Source: Octopus vulgaris
Taxonomy: Eukaryota
DNA length: 64,000 nucleotides
Reading direction: 5' to 3'
Assembly (NCBI GenBank): GCA_951406725.2
Contig: OX597817.1
Coordinates: 16,864,001 to 16,928,000, forward strand
Positions 53,778 to 64,000 of this stretch are shown here, piece by piece. Numbering within the stretch: the first letter of the stretch is position 1; the number at the start of each line of letters is the position of its first letter. The notes under the pieces were generated by a model. That model was given only the letters and a program-made list of their open reading frames with translations. It was not told the origin of the DNA and searched no databases. The translations under genes were made by a program, and so were the position numbers.

Positions 53778-53992
53778 CTGTATGTATTTATGTATGTATG
53801 TATGTTTGTATGTATGTATGTATGTATGTAGGTATGTATGTATTTTTGTATGTATGTATGTATGTTTGTATGTATGTATGTATGTATGTATGTATGCATG
53901 CATGTATGTATGTATGTATGTTTGTATGTATGTATGTATGTATGCATGTATGTATGTATGCATGTATGTATGCATGTATGCATGCATGTATG

Positions 53993-54028
<36 letters not shown>

Positions 54029-55652
54029 TGTATGCATGTATGTATGTATGTATGTATGTATGTATGTTTGCTTGTATGTATGTATGTATGTATGCATGTA
54101 TGTATGTATGTATGTATGCATGTATGTATGTATGTATGTATGTATGCATGTATGTATGTATGCATGTATGTATGTATGTATGTATGAATGTATGTATGTA
54201 TGCATGTATGTATGTATGCATGTATGTATGTATGTATGCATGTATGTATGCATGTATGTATGTATGCATGTATGTATGTATGCATTATGTATGTATGTAT
54301 GCATGTATGTATGCATGTATGTATGTATGTATGTATGTATGTATGTGTGTATGTATGTATGTGTGTATGTATATATGTATGTATGTATGTATGTATGGAT
54401 GCATGCATGCATGCATGTGTGTATGTATGTATGTATGTATGTATGTGTGTGTATGTATGTATGTATGTATGTATGTATGCATGCATGCATGCATGCTTGT
54501 ATGTATGTATGTATGTATGTATGTATGTATGTATGTATATATATATATGTATGTATGTGTGTATGTATGTATGTATGTATGTGTGTGTGTATGTATGTAT
54601 GTATGTATGTATGTATGTATGTATGCATGTATGCATGCATGTGTGTATGTATGTATGCATGTATGAAAGTATGTATGTATGTATGTATGTATGTATGTAT
54701 GTATGTATGTATGTATGTATGTATGTATGTATGTATGCATGCATGCATGCATGCATGTATGTATGTATGCATGCATGTATGTATGCATGTATGTATGTAT
54801 GCATGCATGTATGTATGCATGTATGTATGTATGCATGTATGTATGTATGTATGCATGTATGTATGTATGTATGCATGCATGTATGTATGCATGCATGTAT
54901 GTATGTATGTATGTATGTATGTGTGTGTGTATATTTGTGTGTATGTATGTATGTATGTATGTATGTATGTATGTATGCATGCATGTGTCTATGTATGTAA
55001 GTATGTATGTGTGTGTGTATATATGTGTGTATGTATGTATGTATGCATGTATGTATGTATGTATGTATGTATGCATGTGTGTATGTATGTATGTATGTAT
55101 GTATGTATGTATGTATGTGTGTATGTATGTATGTATGTATGTATGCATGCATGCATGCATGCATGTATGTATGTATGTATGTATGTATATATATATGTAT
55201 GTATGTGTGCATGTATGTATGTGTGTATGTATGTATGTATGTATGCATGTATGTATGTATGTATGTGTGTGTGTATGTATGTATGTATGCATGTATGCAT
55301 GCATGTGTGTATGCATGTATGTATGTATGTATGCATGTATGTATGTGTGTATGTATGTATGTATGCATGTATGAAAGTATGTATGTATGTATGTATGTAT
55401 GAATGTATGTATGTATGTATGTATGTATGTATGTATGAATGTATGTATGTATGTATGTATGTATGCATGCATGCATGTGTGTATGTATGTATGTATGTAT
55501 GTATATATGTATGTATGTATGTATGCATGTATGTATGTATGTATGTATTTATGTATGTATGTATGTATGTATGTATGTATGTATGCATGCATGCATGTAT
55601 GTATGTATGTATGTATGTATGTATGTATGTATGTATGTATGTATGTATACAT
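53100..55652. repeat. 2.5-kb (TATG)n field with CATG/TGTG/TACG variants
   Basis: Seen directly; source of the 400-600 aa pseudo-ORFs. Confidence 0.97.
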
Positions 55653-55910
55653 GTTTAAGTGCTTTAATGAGCCTTAAAGGGGCGAAAACTAACTGAAGGA
55701 CTCAACTCAAGTATTATCTGGGACTTTAAAAACTTTCTATTGACTGTAACTTCGGGTGTATGGGTTATTGAGACAGGTGAATAGTATATACATACGTACA
55801 CAACTCTCTCTGTCTCTCTCTCTCTGTCATTCTCTCTCTCTCTCACAGACACACACTAACTCGCGCACATTTATATATCTATACGTACATACTTAAGCAT
55901 TTATGTGCGA

Positions 55911-55980
<70 letters not shown>

Positions 55981-56450
55981 GCTCTACCTATTTGCGTCAT
56001 ATCATCGTGCAGTACACTTACTCATAGAACACAAGAGATTTGACCGGTGAATCATATATAATCGTGATACATACTCGTCCTTCACATCAAAATAAATGTC
56101 TGCTTCCGTGTAAGTCGCTTCAAACGCGTTTGCCAACTGACGAAATGATTCTTCGAACTGCTGCTACGAGCGTTCGTCATAATTCGTAGCGATTTATAAT
56201 ACACGCGTAAGAGCAACGCTACGAGGTTTGACTAAGGAGTCGCTCTCAAATGATTTATAACATGAATAAGTCGAAATATATGGAGCCAGGTATATACACT
56301 CACACAAACACACACAAACACACACAAGCACACACAAACATACACACATACACATGTATGTGTGTATGCATGTATATGTATCATTCTCTCTCTCTCCCTC
56401 TCTATCTCTCTCTCTCTCCCTCTCTCTCTTTCTCTCTATCTATCAATCTA

Positions 56451-56556
<106 letters not shown>

Positions 56557-56563
56557 GTCTCTC

Positions 56564-56679
<116 letters not shown>

Positions 56680-56696
56680 GATAGGGGTTGTAAATT

Positions 56697-56734
56697 CTGT
56701 CCGACGAACGGGAACGTGAAACTCAGAGTAACAG
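56697..56734 (+). ncRNA. Minimal type-I hammerhead ribozyme motif (U4C core) in a ~100-bp insert between (TA)n tracts
   Basis: ctgt CCGACGA acg-ggaa-cgt GAAA ctc-a-gag TA acag: all three stems pair; GUA triplet. Confidence 0.65.
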
Positions 56735-56766
56735 GTTTTGTTGAATTTTCTGCTGCTTTAAATAAA

Positions 56767-56840
<74 letters not shown>

Positions 56841-57194
56841 ACATACACATAAACACACGCATGCACACACATATAGGCTAATTAAAAACGTGGTAATGTA
56901 GTAATAGTACTAAATACAAGATAAAAGTAAAGGCAATAAAATTAAATACATTCTGAAAGTGAGTCTGTCGGCCATTTGTCGCTTTGAATAGAATTGCAAA
57001 TTGTTTTCGCCGGAAATAAAATCCGAGCATTGAGAGGAAGAGATAAAAAAAATAGAGAAAGACTGAATTTTTTTTTTCTTTGAAGTATAGTGTGAAGTCG
57101 AGTGTGTGCGTGTGCGTGAGATTGTAATAAGAGTGTGAGTGCGGGGAGAGACGGTAATTGTGAAAGAGTGATGGTTGTGAAGGAGGTGTGTGTA

Positions 57195-57199
<5 letters not shown>

Positions 57200-57233
<34 letters not shown>

Positions 57234-57755
57234 GAAAATTTGAGAGAGAGAGAGGGGGGTGAAGAGAAGAAAGAGAACGAGTTGGAGAGACAGAGAGAGA
57301 AAGAGAATGTGTGAGTGAGAGTGAGAGCGAGAGAGGGGAGGGAGAGAACGAGATAGGGGAGAGAGAGAACGAGAGAGGAGGAGAGAGAGAACGAAATAGG
57401 GGGAGAGAGAACGAGAGAGGGTAGAGAAGAATATAGAGAGAGGAAGATAGAGAGAGGAAGAGACACAGAGAAACAGAGAGAAGGAAGAATGTGAGAGAAA
57501 AAGAGAGAACTAGACAGAGAGAGTGAAGGAGAGAAAGAGAGAGAGAAAGAGAGAAAGAGAGAGAGAGAAAGAGAGAGAGAAAGAGAGAAAGAGAGAGAGA
57601 GGAAGTGACACAGACACAGAGGAACAGAGAGAAGGAAGAATGTGTGAGAAAGAGAGAGAACTAGACAGGGAGAGAGAGAAAGAGAGAAAGAGAGAGAGAG
57701 AGAACTAGACAGGGAGAGAGAGAAAGAGAGAAAGAGAGAGAGAGAGAGAGAGGGG
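57200..57755. repeat. Polypurine (GA-rich) low-complexity tract with internal duplications
   Basis: Seen directly; gaaggaagaatgtg..gagaactagacag repeated. Confidence 0.9.
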
Positions 57756-58139
57756 ATGTTTCAGTGTGAACGAAACCGTATAGAAAAGAAAAAAGAAATA
57801 AAAGCTGTGGCGGGTTTATAGTAAAAGTTTTCGTGGATAAGAAAAATTAGACATCGGGAATGAATACAGGAAGTATTTGAGACAAATGTAAATTTAAAGA
57901 TTCAAAAGTGAATTTTTTTTTTTTTTTTGGTAAAATATGTCCTAGTCACGAGAAACTGTAATAATTTGCAGACCGATCAATTTCTTCAGACAAACAACTC
58001 TTCGAACGATCATGATCGTTCATTTCTTACAATTTAGGTTAACACATAGAATAGGTGAAAAAAAAAATAAATAAAAAAAAGTCGAAGGCGTTGATGGAAC
58101 GGCGGTGTGTTTGGGTCAGAGTGGAAGATAAATGTTAGG

Positions 58140-58237
58140 GCGTGGCATCTTGGGCAAGTGTCTTCTGCTATAGCCCCGTGCCGACCAATGCCTTGTGAGT
58201 GGATTTGGTAGACGGAAACTGAAAGAAGCCTGTCGTA

Positions 58238-58291
<54 letters not shown>

Positions 58292-58522
58292 TGTGTGTGT
58301 TTCTGTGTCTGTGTTTGTCCCCCTAGCGTTGCTTGACAACCGATGCTGGTGTGTTTACGTCCCCGTCACTTAGCGGTTCGGCAAAAGAGACCGATAGAAT
58401 AAGTACTAGGCTTACAAAGGAATAAGTCCCGGGGTCGATTTGCTCGACTAAAGGCGGTGCTCCAGCATGGCCGCAGTCAAATGACTGAAACAAGTAAAAG
58501 AGTAAAAGAGAGAAAAGAGAGT
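58140..58522 (+). mobile_element. SINE-A, 5'-truncated
   Basis: Begins at gcgtggcatcttggg; body and tail intact. Confidence 0.92.
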
Positions 58523-58699
58523 ATTCGTCTAATGCTGATGAAGCTAGTTCTCAGTAAGAAGCAGAGAGATGTACCGGAGGAGTGAAATTTACTGTCGTTC
58601 CTGAACAGTATTTCTCAAACAATTTTTTTTTTACCTGTGAACTCCTTTGATTCCTATTTTATTCAGGTGCATCCTCATGGCCATTCGATGCTTAAAAAA

Positions 58700-59045
58700 T
58701 TATATATTATATTTCTTGTAATTACATATTATTAGGATTTTTTTTATCAGTTTCAGCTGAAAGCTGTGGCCTCTGCTGATATGTGGCATTTGGTGAATAA
58801 GGGAGTTTGATGTCGCTACCCTTATTTGCACCTCCTGCAGCAATGTAGGTTCATCTGGGACTCTCGACAGGAAGAAATCCAGTTTAGATTTGAAAACACC
58901 TACATCCACTTTGTGTAGGTCCCTCAGGCTCTTTGAGATAATATTAAAAAGCTGTGGACCCCTGAAACCCAGGCTGTTGCATTAACTGGTCCTGAAGCGT
59001 GATGGCATTGCTGGGGTTTTTGGCACTGTGCAATAGCGACCCGTT
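58700..59045 (-). pseudogene. CR1/L2-group LINE 3' end
   Basis: GFQGPQLFNII..LRDLHKVDVGVFKSKLDFFLSRVPDEP...SNSL. Confidence 0.75.
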
Positions 59046-61591
59046 CTCAGGGTTTGGTAGTAGAGTAGCTGAAGTGGGTAAGGGGCGCTCCACTCCAGGC
59101 AATGCTTTTATGGTAGCGGCACTTTTGGATCTGCTGTATAAGCCTGTATAGGCTTGGGGTGCCATAGGGTGGGGCGCAAACTGAAGGACTTCCCAGGCTG
59201 GTACACACTCTAGCCATGCCACTGGGGTTTGGTTTTTTTCCCCCACACTACTTTTTTCTGTACAGTAGTGACCTCGATATCAATTTTAACAATGCAGTCT
59301 GATGCTGATGTTACCATCTTTTATTCGTCCTGAACCTTCTACTGCATGCAACACCCATTCAAAACCTAGACATCTCCGACCAATGGTAGAACCTCTATGT
59401 GGTCTCTCGATCTGCAAGAAATATTAGCTGAATTCCTCTCAGATCACACCCTGATTTCTTAGGAAATGAATTGCTACATTAGAGAATGTAGCCCTACACG
59501 CCCAAAACATGAGGGAATGGTCATGGTTGGAATACCTTTAATCATCGGTCTCCTTTACCATTCAGTGAATTATTTATGACATAAATAGCTAAGTAGTATT
59601 CCGCAGACATTTGTACTTTTAACGTAATCCACAAACACAATCAACGTGGCTTCGTGTGTGACAAATTTGGTGCTTTGATTTACAGGTCCAACCCATCCAA
59701 AGTGCTTCCGTACAGTTCCATCTATCCAATTTCACTCGCAAGATTTGGTTTATCGTGAGGTATCGTTTGATATTTGATGTTGATAGAAAACGTGAATGTA
59801 TTTCTATGTCTGCGTGTAAAAATGATTAACAACACTTAAGAACAATTAGCAGGAGTTTTATTTACTGCACATAGTATTTTCTCTGTCGGTCTTTAATGAA
59901 AAATACCTGCGACAATTTCATGTCAGGCGAGACATACTACTGGGGTCTACGGCAATTTAACAGGTATGTCAATTACGGCTAGCCCATCCAAACTGGAAAA
60001 ATAATCATGCCATATTCACGACAACAAAATCTGTGTATTCTAATTGCCATGAAAATGGAGACGCCAAGCAGCTTCTTCAACATTCTAGAATTGTCGCTAA
60101 AACACATTCATTATATATAGGGCTCAACGAAAAAGTTCTAAGTCGACTTACGCAATGGTTCAACACTGATTTTGTCGGTTAATCAGCCGATCACGTGAAA
60201 TAACAGTAGCTTAGCCATGATGTCTACTCGGGTATCCAGCGATTCGGTTTCAAATCTGCTAGTTTCAACCTCCACAGAAGAGACAGAATAGACTGAAACA
60301 GCATCAGCGGGACAAAACAACAAAAACCTTGGCGTCTTACACCAGACTTGCTTTGCTTCTTTGCTTCAGACTTTAAATATGACTTTCGCCCTTATATTTT
60401 ATTGAAATAGACACTCATGAATCAGCAGTGGTTAAGTTCATACTTAGCTCACCAAATCAGTAATTGAATTACTTCTTCTGACTTGCTGCATGAAATTCAT
60501 TAAACGTCATAATAGGAAATCTCCTCTTCTCTAACATATCTGAGACTTCCTGTTTATGTCGAAATTCATTATTTTACAACACATCAAGGTTGTGGAGTGG
60601 CAGAAACAATAGAAAACTGGATAAGATAGTTTCCTTGCAGTACGTTTTGAGCTCAAATAACACTCGAGTTACCTGCGTCTGTCCTTATCTGCTCGGGTCA
60701 GTACACATGTTAATTAAATCAATTTTATCTCCTGATAGAGGGCAACATACTGGCATAATCCTTTGAGTGTCGGAGAAACTATGATATTTACGACTCTGAG
60801 TTCAACTCCAGCTGAGGTCGCAAGTACTAAGGGCGAGTTAATAACGCTACACATCAAACGTGCGGTCTTGTGCCTATGTTTGAAATCAATATTTAGTCAT
60901 CGAAAGGTTGATGGATTGACAGAAACGGTTAGAGTGACAAAAAAAAAAAAAACACACACAAACACTTGCGATATTTACTTCGTCAAAATTTTAACTTATC
61001 CTTCTTCCCATCAAAAATTTTCATCCTCTCCCACCTCACAAAAAAATTATGTCTCTTTGTGTCTATATAAAAAGTCAACATTTAGTCGAATGAAGGGGAC
61101 CTGCACCTACGATCTTTTCAGGATATCCTAAACTAGTAGCAATATTCTTACCCTTGTAGCAGATCATCTCTCTCTTAGAATCAAACCTACAACATTTCTA
61201 TCTAGATAAAACATTGTCTTGAGTCCAAAATACCATATTTACAAATATAATAACAGTAAGTAATAAACTGCTTACTCAGACAGGTAAGCATGCTCTATCG
61301 ACATTTATTCATGTAATATTCTGGGTTGGCTGTGATAAATTATTGGTTAATTTCAAAGACCAATTTCCGTTTGCTGTAATTACGCTTAAAATGCAAACAA
61401 AACATTATGAAACATTTCTTTATTTTTGCTATAAATCAGCTTTGATTCGGGCCTCTCATCAGAGGCTACTTTGATTATGGTCTAGTTCCCAACCAAGTAG
61501 TCAAAAGACGATTCTATCACAATTCGCATCGACATTCACCTTTCTTTCTCGACTTGATCACACAAAGACAGCATCTCGTGCGTGCATACAT

Positions 61592-61757
<166 letters not shown>

Positions 61758-62721
61758 TACATATATGTTCACCTTCAAGTCACCAGGAATAGATTTATCT
61801 CTGACTGAATTTAACAGCTTTCTGATAGAGTGAAGTAACGAGAATAAATATTATGTTGAAATGAGAAGCACAGCCTTCTAAATCCTTCCAATCATTAACA
61901 CCCTAAACTAACATTATCAATTTATCTAGATGAAAGTCTCTTTCACTGGGAAACACATTTATGAAAGTGAAAAGTATTGAACATCATCAATAAACTATGC
62001 TTGGGTTATGAATCATGTCTTCTAACATTACCAATTCATTTAGATGAAACATTTGAATCTAAAAAAATGTCTGCTGTTCATTGATAAAACATTTATGAAA
62101 CGGAAAATTATAAACCGAAACATCCTAAATAGATTATGCTTGAGTTATCAATCACATCTAATTTGATAATATTATGATGCAAAATTATCATGGTGGAATC
62201 AGTGTAGCTTCAGACGAAATACCTTGAAAATTCCACCAGGGTTGACTATTGCTTTCATGAATGATATATCGATGAAATAACTATAGTGGTTTGACTAAAC
62301 TGCCTGTATCCTCTTTCAAATTGCAACGTAATATATATAACGTAGAGATCCTTCCAATGGTAAAGCGATATCAGAAACTATATTTAGCAATTTGAATAAA
62401 AAAAAAAAGAGAAGTAGACCCGCAAAGAGCAATGCCCGACTTTGTTTTTTCATTTTCGTTTATCATTTATATTCTTTATATTTTTATTATCTGTTATATT
62501 TCTTTATCAATTCTGCAACGCTCTGGTAGAAAGCAACCGATTTGATCGTCTGATTTTAACACCTCAAATATTTGTGTTCAGCTTTGCAAGTGTTTGCTTC
62601 TAGCGTTTTCTTTCTTTCTTTTTTCTGTATTTAGTCTACCATTTTGTTTGAGGAACTATGATTGTAAAATATATAAATGCAATATATTTCAGCCATATTC
62701 AAATAAAAATATATAACTATA

Positions 62722-63121
62722 GGCGCAGGAGTGGCTGTGTGGTAAGTAGCTTGTCTACCAACCACATGGTTCCGGGTTCAGTCCCACTGCGTGGCACCTT
62801 GGGCAAGTGTCTTCTACTATAGCCTCGGGCCGACCAAAGCCTTGTGAGTGGATTTGGTAGACGGAAACTGAAAGAAGCCCGTCGTATATATGCATATATA
62901 TATCTGCGTGTGTGTGTTTGTGTGTCTGTGTTTGTCCCCCTAGCATTGCTTGGCAACCGATGCTGGTGTGTTTATGTCTCCGTCACTTAGCGGTTCGGCA
63001 AAAGAGACCGATAGAATAAGTAATGGGCTTACAAAAGAATAAGTCCCGGGGTCGAGTTGCTCGATTAAAGGCGGTGCTCCAGCATGGCCGCAGTCAAATG
63101 ACTGAAACAAGTAAAAGAGTA
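62722..63121 (+). mobile_element. SINE-A, full length
   Basis: Full match. Confidence 0.95.
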
Positions 63122-63172
63122 TAACTGTAAAAGTAACGCGGAATTAAAACAAAATACCGCATCAACTATACA

Positions 63173-64000
63173 GGCGTAGGCGTGGCTGTGTGGTAAGAAG
63201 CTTGCTTCCGGTATAGCGTTTGTCAGTTGAAGTGTTGGTTTTGCGAGTGACCCACGTGTTTTGGGGCTGTCTTATGCGGTGCGACGTTTTCCCTCTTGTT
63301 TAATAGAAGGGCGTCGGGTGAGGAGTTGCGAAAGTTTGAATTGTTCTTCTTCAGACTTTGTGAACTATCCTTCTTCAGACTTTGTGTCGTCTGAGGAAGA
63401 AATGGGGGAATGTTTGAAGAGGATAGATAAAGTAATGGAAACGAAGAATTATGCGGAGGCGACGAAAGGAAAGAAGCGAAGACGTGAGGCTGGAGGAATT
63501 GAGAGAATTCAAAGGAATGATTAAAAGGGAGTGGAACGAAGTGAAGGTGTTCCCCACCAAAGAAGTTTTAAAAGAAAGACATGAAAAAAAACATGTTTTA
63601 CAGATCATACTCGGTAGCAGCCAGGAAGATTGAAGTCATGACGACGGCTCAAACGGAAAAGCTCTTAAACCAGTCTGGCAAGGAATTTCCTACATAGCCA
63701 GAGGAAAAAAAATTTGGAACAGTTGGGGAACGGTTTCGGGAGGCAGCTACTGCCAGGCTGCACTCAGTAACACCGCTGAGAACTGATGAAGTGGTTCTTC
63801 TACTCGTGTACCTTGGGAGACGTGCTTACAGGGTTATGGTAGAAGACATACCCGCAGAGGTGGATGTAGCCTGGCTGGTAGCTGCCATAATGCTAGGCAT
63901 GGAGGAGAAGGTGGTGGTCATCCAGGCCACCAGAACAACCCACAGGAACTGGCAAGGACAAAGCTTCGATATGGTGGTACAAGTTGCAGTGGAAGATATT
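63173..64000 (+). mobile_element. Second SINE-headed ORF1-like element (runs off the window)
   Basis: ggcgtaggcgtggctgtgtggtaagaagcttgcttcc|ggt; VRRFPSCL, SSDFVSSEEE, FREAATARLHSVTPL, VYLGRRA, VDVAWLVAAIMLGMEE, NWQGQ shared with 43965-45459. Confidence 0.82.

Noticed and set aside
52986-55696. ORFs of 280-609 aa (MYVC/HTYI repeats)
   Set aside because: Translations of a stop-free (TATG)n microsatellite, open in all frames
58530-58605. CTGATGA...GAAA hammerhead-like motif
   Set aside because: Stems I and III could not be paired convincingly

Overview
Repeat-saturated, AT-rich eukaryotic genomic DNA. The SINE set, dense microsatellites and LINE/mariner debris are most consistent with an octopus (coleoid cephalopod) genome; this is inferred from repeat content. 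There is no intact host ORF. The only host-gene signal is a plausible spliced exon at 55-284 (ATG at 249, MAAKLSWRGFSN, GTAAGT donor), so the rest may be one large intron or intergenic DNA. Contents: three tRNA-derived SINE families (here A, B, C); fragments of RTE, CR1/L2-type and R4/Dong LINEs; several Tc1/mariner relics; two hAT MITEs with 8-bp TSDs; a decayed hAT transposase; and many microsatellites, including a 2.5-kb (TATG)n field. Almost all long ORFs in the supplied track are microsatellite artefacts. Most interesting observations: (1) two diverged copies of an ORF1/gag-like element (CCHC knuckle visible in one) that both begin with the same ~37-nt SINE-A head, broken at the same base; (2) about ten minimal type-I hammerhead motifs from several Penelope-like families, with recurrent non-canonical cores (CCGAnGA, CTGTTGA); (3) SINE-B present as monomers, a 3-mer and a 6-mer of a ~184-bp unit; (4) chimeric head/tail-swapped SINEs; (5) a cluster of elements inserted in (TAA)n. 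Coordinates were read by eye and may be off by a few bases.
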